Source of the DNA: an uncultured Saprospiraceae bacterium | Lineage (GTDB): Bacteria; Bacteroidota; Bacteroidia; Chitinophagales; Saprospiraceae | Length of the DNA: 54,550 bases | Assembly (NCBI GenBank): GCA_964392655.1 | Contig: CAYMQY010000001.1 | Span: 1 to 54,550 of the forward strand | Direction: 5' to 3' | In this document: piece by piece, positions 19,801 to 28,274 of the stretch | Position numbering within the stretch: position 1 is the stretch's first letter | Layout of the letters: the number at the start of each line of letters is the position of its first letter | Program-made: the position numbers and the translations under genes | Notes under the pieces: generated by a model | What the model saw: the letters and a program-made list of their open reading frames with translations, nothing else | Databases searched by the model: none | Told to the model about the DNA's origin: nothing

Positions 19801-19834
19801 GCCCGCCGAGGACTCGTCCCGGCGGGCTTTTTTT
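19801..19834 (+). terminator. Rho-independent terminator with no assigned gene
   Basis: The arm gcccgccg (19801-19808) pairs perfectly with cggcgggc (19820-19827) and is followed by T7 (19828-19834). It lies 309 nt downstream of the folE stop and 269 nt upstream of the next gene. Confidence 0.55.
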
Positions 19835-20102
19835 ATGGCTTGTAGTGCAATTACATGTCCTTTCCGAGGGTAAAATTTAAAAAAACAAGGCATTAAAAAA
19901 TTGATTTTCAGAAACTTGAGAATGTATTAAATTTCTTTCAATGTATCAAAAAACTTGTTTGGCTGAATCGGGAGCCTGCAAATTGGCTGAATAAATTGCA
20001 GCGCCGCAACCAACCAACCGCATGGGTACTTCCGGTATTTATCCCTGAAATGGCCGGGCAAAAGAAGCAGAGTAGGGGGTCACATTATTAAATTGTAACA
20101 AC

Positions 20103-20750
20103 ATGAAATCCGTACCAGTAACTCGAAATCTCCTTTGTATTCCGACAAGGATATCAGCCCTTGCCGTGCTCCTGTTGATGCTCGTTTACGCCTCCTCCTG
20201 CCAAAAGGAACCTGAGTGTGTTCTGCAGGAGCAACAAGTCGTTCAAAGCCAAACTTTGATGCGTTCATCTGTGGAGATGGATCAGCAGGTAGTCCAACAC
20301 ATCCAATGGGTGATCAACAATGTGATTCCACTCATCGCCGATGAAACGGTTGCCGCTGCAATACAGGCAGGAAACACAAGTTCGTCGTTGGTTACAGCCC
20401 GATTGCAGGAACTTGGTTTTTCAAATTTTGAGCAGTTTGCCACAGCATTTAACAGCAGCAGCAGTGCCATTCAAGCCGCCATCCAGGCAGGCAACCTTAC
20501 ACAGGCACAGTTAATTCAGATTGCGCAAGGGCACACTTTCGATTTTAGTCAGGTTGGAGGGGGGGCTGGTACCCTGCCTTGTACAGAACAATTTGCACTC
20601 GAATTGTCCTTGATGCCCATTTCAGTGGCTACAGCTGCCAGTGGAGGCCCACTAGCAGCTGTAATCGCCGGGGCTGTGCATGTTACCGTGGCGTATCTCA
20701 ATTTCAAAAATTGCCTGCGTACCACATATCCGGGTGCAGATATTCCTTGA
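20103..20750 (+). CDS. Hypothetical lipoprotein with a C-terminal two-cysteine module
   Basis: ATG at 20103 with lipobox LVYASSC. Contains internal AIQAGN repeats. The C-terminal module LPCTEQF...AYLNFKNCLRTTYPGA is shared with the 21663-22055 protein. Confidence 0.7.
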   Translation: MKSVPVTRNLLCIPTRISALAVLLLMLVYASSCQKEPECVLQEQQVVQSQTLMRSSVEMDQQVVQHIQWVINNVIPLIADETVAAAIQAGNTSSSLVTARLQELGFSNFEQFATAFNSSSSAIQAAIQAGNLTQAQLIQIAQGHTFDFSQVGGGAGTLPCTEQFALELSLMPISVATAASGGPLAAVIAGAVHVTVAYLNFKNCLRTTYPGADIP

Positions 20751-20787
20751 TCCGTTCACATTATTTTTTCAAGAAATACTATTTTAT

Positions 20788-21258
20788 ATGAAAAACTTCG
20801 CTCTTTTGGCACTTTTCGCACTATTGTCACTGGCTTCCTGCAATAAGGACACCAGGATGACATCTGCCGAATTGGAAACGCTGCAAGCCAAACTGCAATC
20901 CGATCCGGAAGTCACAAAACTCAATGAGGCATTTTCGAAACATTGCCGGTTACTGGCAACATTCTCTCCGGAGGACTTAAAAGCACTCCAGACTACGGTT
21001 CGGTCCTGCGGCTTTTACACGTCCACTGCCTCAATTCCGGAATTGGAAAAATGCCTGGCTGGCAATCAATTACGGGAGCCATACATCGAGGCTGAAAAGT
21101 ACCTCCGGGAATACGAAACCGGTCTGGAATCTGTTCAGAAGCGATACTCCGAGTTGAATCGGTTCAGTATCAAGGAGCGCCGGCTACTGATCACGCGGCC
21201 GGATCAGGATTTACCAGATCACATTCTATCCGATTTTCAATCACGTAAAAAGAGTTAG
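20788..21258 (+). CDS. Hypothetical lipoprotein, predicted mostly helical
   Basis: Trimmed to ATG 20788. MKNFALLALFALLSLASC is a lipobox signal peptide. No family recognised. Confidence 0.7.
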   Translation: MKNFALLALFALLSLASCNKDTRMTSAELETLQAKLQSDPEVTKLNEAFSKHCRLLATFSPEDLKALQTTVRSCGFYTSTASIPELEKCLAGNQLREPYIEAEKYLREYETGLESVQKRYSELNRFSIKERRLLITRPDQDLPDHILSDFQSRKKS

Positions 21259-21260
21259 CT

Positions 21261-21536
21261 ATGAAAAAGAATATACAGGCATTCGCAATTATCACTTTTC
21301 TCGGGGTCTCCCTGCGCGTTTTTGCGACAGCGCCCTGCCATACTGCATTTGCGGTTGATATGGCATTTGTTGCCCAGGAATATGCGGAAGACCTCGCCGG
21401 TTGCGCCGAGATGGTGGTCATGACAGGCCCATGCAAAGACGAGGCCGCATTAAAATATGCCTACAATACCAATATCGCCCTCAACGACTGGAGCAAGTGC
21501 TGCTGCACATACGGCTTGACTTGCTGCGGTGGTTAA
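21261..21536 (+). CDS. Small secreted cysteine-rich protein (91 aa)
   Basis: Signal peptide MKKNIQAFAIITFLGVSLRVFA. The mature part has 8 Cys, including the C-terminal CCCTYGLTCCGG. It starts 2 nt after the previous stop codon. Confidence 0.6.
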   Translation: MKKNIQAFAIITFLGVSLRVFATAPCHTAFAVDMAFVAQEYAEDLAGCAEMVVMTGPCKDEAALKYAYNTNIALNDWSKCCCTYGLTCCGG

Positions 21537-21662
21537 CAATCGGCATACCGTACGCGCATATCCCCTCCCGGCCGGCAGCGGTCGGTCGGGAGGTTTTCCC
21601 CTCTGAGTGATACCCAAAAACCAACCTCCTGCTGCACGCATTCAAATCAAATTTATACAGGC

Positions 21663-22055
21663 ATGAAACATTCAATATCACCAATCCGCTACTCAGCGGC
21701 GATTGCCCGCTCCCTATCCACCCAACTTGGCCTGCATGCCGGTGCGTTTTTCCTGCTGCTTTCAGGCGCATGTTTCGGATCTACGGCGCCGTCGGGGTAC
21801 ATGTATTCCGGGCCCGAAACACCTTCAGTTCAAATCTGCCACACCACCACACCCGACAACACTACCCGGCTTCCGTGTACCGATCAGTTTGTTTCAGATT
21901 TAGCCGAGGTGAATTGGTGTGCCGGAGTAGAGGCAGAAACCGTATGGGGAGCTGCATTTGCCGTAGCCCTTCCGGTATTTACCGCTTACAAGCGCTACAA
22001 GGATTGCCTAAAAACAGCCTATCCGGGCGCAGAAAATGCCCCCGGTGAATCTTAG
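21663..22055 (+). CDS. Hypothetical secreted protein whose C-terminal module is paralogous to that of 20103-20750
   Basis: 130 aa with a hydrophobic N-terminal segment (GAFFLLLSGACFG). The C-terminus LPCTDQF...AYKRYKDCLKTAYPGA aligns with the 215-aa lipoprotein. Confidence 0.6.
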   Translation: MKHSISPIRYSAAIARSLSTQLGLHAGAFFLLLSGACFGSTAPSGYMYSGPETPSVQICHTTTPDNTTRLPCTDQFVSDLAEVNWCAGVEAETVWGAAFAVALPVFTAYKRYKDCLKTAYPGAENAPGES

Positions 22056-22072
22056 GAAAAGATGGGTATCTG

Positions 22073-23053
22073 TCACAACAAACCTTCCCGAACCAGATCG
22101 TGCAGATGCACAATGCCGATGTAACGGCCGGCATCCAGAACCAGTAATTGTGTGATGGAATGTTGGCGCATCATTGCGAGCGCATGTACCGCCAGCGCAT
22201 CCGGCGCAATGGATTTCGGGGTAACCGACATGATCTCCCGGGCAGTGACATGGGTGAAATCCGTGGGTTTGGCAAGCATACGTCGCAAGTCGCCATCGGT
22301 AATTACGCCTGCAAGCGCGCCGGTTTCATCAAGCACTGCGGTAGCGCCGAGCCGTTTGGACGATATTTCCAGAATGACTTCCCGCAAGGTAGCATCCGGG
22401 GATACGGCAGGCGGCTCATGCAATGCGCACAACTCATGTACCCGGAGGTACAACTGTTTTCCCAAGGCCCCTCCCGGGTGGAATTTGGCAAAATCCGATG
22501 GAGAAAATCCCCGCAGCGTAACCAAAGCCATGGCAAGGGCATCCCCCAAAGCCATTTGTGCGGTTGTACTGACGGTAGGGGCAAGATTGTTGGGGTCTGC
22601 CTCGTGTAACACAGGCGTCCAGAGGACAAAATCGGCTTGTCGGGCCAGCGTGCTGTCGCGGTTGGCGGTTATAGCAATAAGGCGGTTACCAAAGTTTTTC
22701 ACCAATGGTATCAGCACCTTGATTTCGGGGGTCTCGCCGCTTTTGGACAAACAGATCACGACATCGCCCGGCTGAACCATGCCGAGATCGCCATGTATGG
22801 CGTCGGCGGCGTGCAGGAAAAGTGCGGGCTGACCTGTGGAGTTAAGTGTGGCTGTTATTTTTTGAGCCACAATTGCACTTTTCCCGATTCCTGTGAGAAT
22901 GACCCGTCCTGTTGCACGGTGTATCGCATCCAGACAATCCGGAAAGTCCGGGGTATCGGTCAGGCTGTCGGCAAGTGCAAACAACGCCTCCGCTTCAGTG
23001 CGAATGGTGCGTTGCGCGGTCAGTACCGTCAGGTTTTGTTTGCTTTCTTCCAA
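22073..23053 (-). CDS. kdsD: Arabinose-5-phosphate isomerase (KpsF/GutQ/KdsD family; SIS domain plus two CBS domains)
   Basis: SIS motif GRVILTGIGKSAIVAQKI and LSKSGET are present. C-terminal CBS pair (VLDETGALAGVITDGDLRR; VLDAGRYIGIVHLHDLV). Confidence 0.9.
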   Translation of the reverse strand: MEESKQNLTVLTAQRTIRTEAEALFALADSLTDTPDFPDCLDAIHRATGRVILTGIGKSAIVAQKITATLNSTGQPALFLHAADAIHGDLGMVQPGDVVICLSKSGETPEIKVLIPLVKNFGNRLIAITANRDSTLARQADFVLWTPVLHEADPNNLAPTVSTTAQMALGDALAMALVTLRGFSPSDFAKFHPGGALGKQLYLRVHELCALHEPPAVSPDATLREVILEISSKRLGATAVLDETGALAGVITDGDLRRMLAKPTDFTHVTAREIMSVTPKSIAPDALAVHALAMMRQHSITQLLVLDAGRYIGIVHLHDLVREGLL

Positions 23054-23073
23054 GTTGATTCAATCTTGCCGGG

Positions 23074-23110
23074 CAAAAGTAACACCGCCAACCCAAAGGG
23101 CCGGCGGTGT
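23074..23110 (-). terminator. Candidate rho-independent terminator after the 23160-24170 gene
   Basis: 8-bp stem, acaccgcc (23082-23089) pairing with ggcggtgt (23103-23110), with a 13-nt loop. On the minus strand it is followed by tacttttg, a weak T tract. Confidence 0.4.
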
Positions 23111-23159
23111 GGCAATTCTTTTCCTCTAAGCAGGCTGATCAAGCGTGCGCATTACCTGG

Positions 23160-24170
23160 TTAGTGCTTCACAAATTTCCCGGTGTAAAGCCTGTTTTTAC
23201 CGGTTACTCTTACCCAATAAATGCCCGGTGCAAGCCTGCTGACAGGCATACGCAGAATCTGGTCGGTCTTGATGGAATAATCTGTTTGCACCAGTTGTCC
23301 TTCAACCGAAAAAATCTCAACCTGAAGCACTTCTTCGTCGGGGAGTAGAATTGAAGCCTCCTCGGTCACCGGGTTTGGCCGAATAAGAACCGGTTGAATT
23401 GTAGAAATTTCATTTGTGCCGGTAAAAATCGGATCAAACCGAGTGCCCGTGTTCAATACTGCTCCCGTTTGAGCATGCTGCACAAACGCCAGCACATAAA
23501 GCGAATCGTAATTGGACGTCCAGCCATTCGGCTGAGTATGCGTGTAGGAAAAATTATACGTTGCCGAGGCTCCTTTTGCCGGAAGTGTGATGGGGTCCCC
23601 GTTTATGTCGGTCAACATAGCTCGAAAAACATCATAGTGTTTTGGCTCTCCATTTGGGGAAGCATAGTTTACGGTACTTTCGGCTACTGCGACAAACAAT
23701 TTATGCGGGCCGGCCGGCGGGTCGCCTACCATGCGTACTGTGACGGAAGTCGTTTGGTTGGGCGCCGTCCCGCCCTCCTGAACTTCGATAGCAATCGGAC
23801 TTTCCTGACCAAATGCCGCCTGAAGTGTAGCAGCCGGCAAGAGTGGCGTGCTCACCGGAACCAGACTGCCGTTCAGGGCTACACGAGGGGTACCATTTAC
23901 TCCGTAAGCCGAAGTACGTGTATTGTTTTGGGTTGGGTTGGCCAGGTAAATCTTGCAATCGCTGTACGGTACGGACGGGTGGATCGAAAGGTGCCGCACA
24001 TCATTGGGGTATTGATCAATCAAGGCATAAAAAGCCGGATTCTTGCTTGCACAAATGCCACAACGCGAATTGGTAAAATGTTCCAGCAAGACATAACGCT
24101 TGGGCAATGACTGGGCGCCGAGTGTAAAGCAGGTTAAGAGTAATGTAAAAAAACCGACGTGTTTCTTCAT
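23160..24170 (-). CDS. T9SS-sorted secreted protein with an N-terminal thioredoxin-like/Omp28-related region
   Basis: Signal peptide MKKHVGFFTLLLTCFTLGAQ. LLEHFTNSRCGICA is a CxxC context. The C-terminal sorting domain reads IRPNPVTEEASILL...GIYWVRVTGKNRLYTGKFVKH. Confidence 0.8.
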   Translation of the reverse strand: MKKHVGFFTLLLTCFTLGAQSLPKRYVLLEHFTNSRCGICASKNPAFYALIDQYPNDVRHLSIHPSVPYSDCKIYLANPTQNNTRTSAYGVNGTPRVALNGSLVPVSTPLLPAATLQAAFGQESPIAIEVQEGGTAPNQTTSVTVRMVGDPPAGPHKLFVAVAESTVNYASPNGEPKHYDVFRAMLTDINGDPITLPAKGASATYNFSYTHTQPNGWTSNYDSLYVLAFVQHAQTGAVLNTGTRFDPIFTGTNEISTIQPVLIRPNPVTEEASILLPDEEVLQVEIFSVEGQLVQTDYSIKTDQILRMPVSRLAPGIYWVRVTGKNRLYTGKFVKH

Positions 24171-24356
24171 GATGATTATGACTTGACGTGAAAAAGGTTT
24201 GCAAATTTATTTCAGGAAACACACCAGGTAACTACAAGTTCTGCTTTTCACTGTCAAATGTCAGGAACGAAACAAACTGCTGCCACGGGATCAGGCAACA
24301 GCGAAAAACTTAACAATAAATTCATATTGGCCTCAATACAGCATACGATTGCAGCG

Positions 24357-24364
24357 TACTTTTG
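24357..24364 (+). promoter_or_regulatory. Candidate Bacteroidota -7 promoter box (TAnnTTTG) upstream of the phosphate transporter gene
   Basis: TACTTTTG matches the published Bacteroidetes -7 consensus TAnnTTTG and lies 74 nt upstream of ATG 24438. I did not find a convincing -33 TTG at the expected spacing. Confidence 0.3.
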
Positions 24365-24437
24365 CGCCACTTTGAGTTGCTTGCTTTTTGAGGTTTATTT
24401 CACCCCAAATGGCAAATAAAAACTTGGGTTCAACCAC

Positions 24438-25823
24438 ATGATCTTTGGTTTTATTGCCGATTTGCCGGCACATGCGTCGCTCCTTTTAGTTTTGTGTCTG
24501 GTCGCTGTTTGCATATTTGAGGCAATCAACGGGTTTCACGATACCGCGAATGCCGTAGCAACGGTCATTTACACCAATACCCTGAAACCAACTTTTGCCG
24601 TGATATGGTCCGGCTTCTGGAATTTTCTGGGCGTCCTGCTTGGAGGCATTGCCGTCGCTATGGGTGTGGTCAAACTGATCCCATTAAATGACCTCATCCT
24701 GCAACCATTAGGCGAAAACATCTCCCTTGTTCTGGCAATCCTGCTTGCCTCGATCAGTTGGAACCTCGGCACCTGGTACTACGGTATTCCCTGCTCCAGC
24801 TCCCATACCCTGATCGGTTCCTTGCTCGGAGCCGGATTCGCGTTTTGGTCGGTACACGAAGGCGCCGGTCCAAACTGGGGGAAAGCAGGGGAAATCGGGC
24901 TTTCACTTTTGGTTTCACCACTTTTTGGATTCAGCATGGCAATTCTGCTGATGTATGTGTTGCGACTGACTGTTCAAAAGCGAAAAGCCATTTTCAATGA
25001 ACCCAAACCGGATAAAGCTCCTCCGGGGTGGATTCGTGCCATTCTGGTTACAACCTGCACGCTGGTCAGTTTTTTCCACGGATCCAATGACGGGCAAAAA
25101 GGAGTCGGCCTGATACTGGTGGTGCTCATGGCTTTCATGCCCCTGCACTATGCTATGAACCCGAATACGCCTGCATCGGAGTTCAAAAATGCAGCCCGGA
25201 AAATAGAATGGTACCTCAACAGCATTCAGAATACCGACTATGCCGATCACCTTCGCGCATTGTCCAACCAGGCCGGGCGCGTCGCAATCGCTTTGGACAG
25301 CATGAAAGCCGACAATAAAGCACAACTGTTCGCCGTGCGGAAAAATATCCAGTCCCTTGTCAAAAATCTGGAAACCGACTTGAAAATCGGTTTGATTCCA
25401 AAATCCAAAACAGCAGAAATCAAACACGAACTAAAAACCCTGCGTACTTCCTACGAATTCGCGCCTTTGTGGGCAATAGTGCTCATCTCCTTGTGCCTTG
25501 GTATTGGCACCATGATCGGTTGGAAACGAATCGTGGTCACGATCGGCGAAAAAATCGGAAAAACCCACTTATCGTATGCCCAGGGTGCGAGCGCAGAATT
25601 GTGCGCGGCAGCCACAATTGGTGTGAGCACGGCTTTTGCACTCCCGGTCAGTACAACGCACGTACTGTCGTCGGGCATTGCAGGTACCATGGTCGCTTCG
25701 GGCGGGGTATCCAACCTGCAAAAAAAGACCATCAAAAACATTGCTTTGGCCTGGATACTGACACTGCCGGTCACCTTCTTCTTGTCGGCAATTCTGTTCT
25801 ATTTCCTGCGTGTTGTCTTTTAA
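24438..25823 (+). CDS. Inorganic phosphate transporter, PiT family
   Basis: Contains the PHO4/PiT signature INGFHDTANAVATVIYT and a second-half repeat, GSNDGQKGVG. The protein is polytopic. Confidence 0.9.
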   Translation: MIFGFIADLPAHASLLLVLCLVAVCIFEAINGFHDTANAVATVIYTNTLKPTFAVIWSGFWNFLGVLLGGIAVAMGVVKLIPLNDLILQPLGENISLVLAILLASISWNLGTWYYGIPCSSSHTLIGSLLGAGFAFWSVHEGAGPNWGKAGEIGLSLLVSPLFGFSMAILLMYVLRLTVQKRKAIFNEPKPDKAPPGWIRAILVTTCTLVSFFHGSNDGQKGVGLILVVLMAFMPLHYAMNPNTPASEFKNAARKIEWYLNSIQNTDYADHLRALSNQAGRVAIALDSMKADNKAQLFAVRKNIQSLVKNLETDLKIGLIPKSKTAEIKHELKTLRTSYEFAPLWAIVLISLCLGIGTMIGWKRIVVTIGEKIGKTHLSYAQGASAELCAAATIGVSTAFALPVSTTHVLSSGIAGTMVASGGVSNLQKKTIKNIALAWILTLPVTFFLSAILFYFLRVVF

Positions 25824-25830
25824 TAATTTG

Positions 25831-26931
25831 TCAGGTTTTTTCTTCTTCCAGATGTCTTGTCCAGCGCTGGACTAATCTGAACTCACTAAAAAATACCCGG
25901 GCAATCACACGCAAAACGGTGTAGACCGGAATACCTACCACCATACCTATTACCCCTCCCAGTTTGGCAGCAACAAGTGTTACAATAAAAATTTCCAGGG
26001 GGTGCGCTTTGATACTGGCGGACGTGATGTAAGGCCCCACCAGATTGTTGTCAATTGCTTGGGTGAGCATAAATGCTCCCACCACCTTCAGTAACTGAGG
26101 AATCAACATCGCAAAATCCGCCTCAATGTAATACGACAAGGTGAAAAAGGAACCCAGTGCGATCCCCATGATTGGCCCCACGTAGGGGACAATGTTGAAC
26201 AGTCCTCCCATCACACCGATTAAAAGCGCATTCGGCACGCCGAGCAGCCACAAGGCCAGCGACGCAATCCCCATGAACGCCATTGTCTGGAGCGCCAGAC
26301 CACGAAAATACCGGGTCAGCATGGCGCCCGATTCCTCCACCGCATGCAGCAGTTTCTCCTCCATTTCGGCAGGCACCAAGGCATGCAGGATACCGATGGA
26401 GAGCTTGTCGTCTTTCAGAAAAAAGAAAAGGATGAACGATACGGATGCGAACGCCACGGCCACGTTGCCGGCGGTAGCCAGAAATCCGCCCACGAAATCG
26501 CCCAACATGGTTGGTTTGAACCATCCGCTCAGTAGTTCCTGAGTGCGTTTTCCCAAGGATTGCTCCGGCTCCAGCAAGCCAATTTCATGCAGTTGCGCAT
26601 CCCAGTACGCAAAAGGCCCTTTGAGTTTTTCGCCTAATGCCGTGTAATCAACACCGGCAAGATGCTGCACCTGGGCCATGATCGTCGGCACAAACAACAG
26701 CAACAGCCCGGCAATGATGAGGTAGAAACTGAGCATGGCGAGCAAGGTTGCGCTCACCGGCCCCATCTGCCAACTCCGAAATCGGACATTTTGCTGGAAA
26801 AAATCCTTGATCGGTCGCCCCAACATGGCCAGCACCCCGGCAATGAGCAGGTAGGCTACGATATCGGAAAAGTAGTAGGCCACAGCCAGAACGGCCGCAG
26901 CCCCGAGAATCCAGAGCAGGTTGTTTCGCAC
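25831..26931 (-). CDS. AI-2E family transporter (PerM/UPF0118)
   Basis: 366-aa polytopic membrane protein with family-like blocks (IVPYVGPIMG, KAHPLEIFIV). GTG start at 26931. Confidence 0.8.
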   Translation of the reverse strand: MRNNLLWILGAAAVLAVAYYFSDIVAYLLIAGVLAMLGRPIKDFFQQNVRFRSWQMGPVSATLLAMLSFYLIIAGLLLLFVPTIMAQVQHLAGVDYTALGEKLKGPFAYWDAQLHEIGLLEPEQSLGKRTQELLSGWFKPTMLGDFVGGFLATAGNVAVAFASVSFILFFFLKDDKLSIGILHALVPAEMEEKLLHAVEESGAMLTRYFRGLALQTMAFMGIASLALWLLGVPNALLIGVMGGLFNIVPYVGPIMGIALGSFFTLSYYIEADFAMLIPQLLKVVGAFMLTQAIDNNLVGPYITSASIKAHPLEIFIVTLVAAKLGGVIGMVVGIPVYTVLRVIARVFFSEFRLVQRWTRHLEEEKT

Positions 26932-26950
26932 GATTGGAACTTGTTGTTAG

Positions 26951-27559
26951 TTACCGGGTAGCTGCGTAACGCCGGGCTACTTCGTCCCAATTGACCACAT
27001 TCCACCACGCCGTCACATAGTCGGGCCGGCGGTTTTGATAGTGCAGGTAGTACGCGTGTTCCCATACATCGAGGCCAAGGATGGGTTGTCCGGGTTTGTC
27101 GGCGATATCCATCAGCGGATTGTCCTGATTGGGCGTGCTGGTGATGAATAACCCACCATCTTCGCCCACACAAAGCCATGCCCAGCCGGAACCGAAGCGG
27201 GTAGCCGCAGCAGTTGCGAATTGTTTTTTGAACTCCTCAAACGAACCGAAGGCTTTGTCAATCGCCGAAGCAAGATCGCCGGCAGGTGCTCCGCCTGCGT
27301 TAGGGGCCATAATTGACCAGAAAAAGGTGTGGTTCCAGTGGCCGCCGCCGTTGTTGCGCACCGCTGCAGGCAATTGGGATATGCTCGCCAAAAGTTGTTC
27401 CAGGGTTTTGCCCTCGTGTTCGGTGCCTTGCAGGGCAGCATTCAGGTTGTTCACGTACGCTGCATGGTGTTTCCCGTGATGGATTTCCATGGTGCGGGCA
27501 TCAATATGGGGTTCGAGAGCGGTGGGGGCGTAGGGTAAGTCAGGAAGTGTAAAAGCCAT
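26951..27559 (-). CDS. Fe/Mn superoxide dismutase
   Basis: Trimmed to ATG 27559. Contains [40 protein letters not shown] and DVWEHAYYL. Metal specificity cannot be decided by eye. Confidence 0.92.
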   Translation of the reverse strand: MAFTLPDLPYAPTALEPHIDARTMEIHHGKHHAAYVNNLNAALQGTEHEGKTLEQLLASISQLPAAVRNNGGGHWNHTFFWSIMAPNAGGAPAGDLASAIDKAFGSFEEFKKQFATAAATRFGSGWAWLCVGEDGGLFITSTPNQDNPLMDIADKPGQPILGLDVWEHAYYLHYQNRRPDYVTAWWNVVNWDEVARRYAATR

Positions 27560-28274
27560 TGTCGTTATTGGATTTGTCGTAATGTGAAACAAAAAACAAA
27601 TTTGGAACAAGGCCAAAGGTAAGAAGTTCAGTGCCTTCCACTAAAAAGATCAGCGCCCGATGTTCTCCTTTGAACACCGGGCGCATGATAAATGAATAGT
27701 GTTTGTTTGCCTGCATCGCCGGATTACGTGTGTGCTGCTCGAAAGGCGATGCTGCCGAAGGGTGTGTGTTGCGGCAATTGCTGCCGCGCGGAATGATACC
27801 GCGGAGGGAGTTTCAAGTGGAGGTTGGGGTTGGGGAGAAACGGATTTTGAGAAAAAATGTGGGGGGTAAAGGAGGGCAATCAAATGTTGTAATGCGGTTT
27901 TTGTGATGCCCGGTACAAAAGTACCGTATTCGGGCACGCTGCCAATCCGTGCAAACACCCGTTTTTTTATCAGGGAAAACCCTGAAGAAACTACTGCCCA
28001 CTAGTGATGGTAGTAGCTGCGCCTGTTCAGTCCTGCCAGTATTCCCTCTTCCCGATCTATGAAAATGGCGTTCTGATCGGATGTACAAAAAATGATTTTT
28101 TTAAAATTTTATGTTTAAAAAATTAAAATATATCAAAATTTAAAACCATTAATTTTTAATATTGCCGAATACTAAAAAACAAGACCGATAAATAATTCAG
28201 TTTTAGAATCGCCCTGACTTGTACTTATATTCGACCCTGATCCCTGTTTGCCCCGCGTGTTCATTAAAAAATCA

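Noticed and set aside
19728-19834. Identification of the two-hairpin element as SRP (4.5S) RNA or a known riboswitch
   Set aside because: I could not find the conserved SRP helix-8 motifs (GGAA tetraloop with flanking AGCAG/GGUCC-type loops), or the B12-box or THF cores. It stays as an unassigned candidate sRNA or terminator only.
19493-22060. Calling the small-protein cluster a horizontally acquired island on the basis of lower GC
   Set aside because: GC content was judged by eye only. Other clearly core regions of the window (for example 46-51 kb with ctaA, thrC and the OmpA gene) look similarly AT-rich, and no integrase, tRNA or flanking direct repeats are present.
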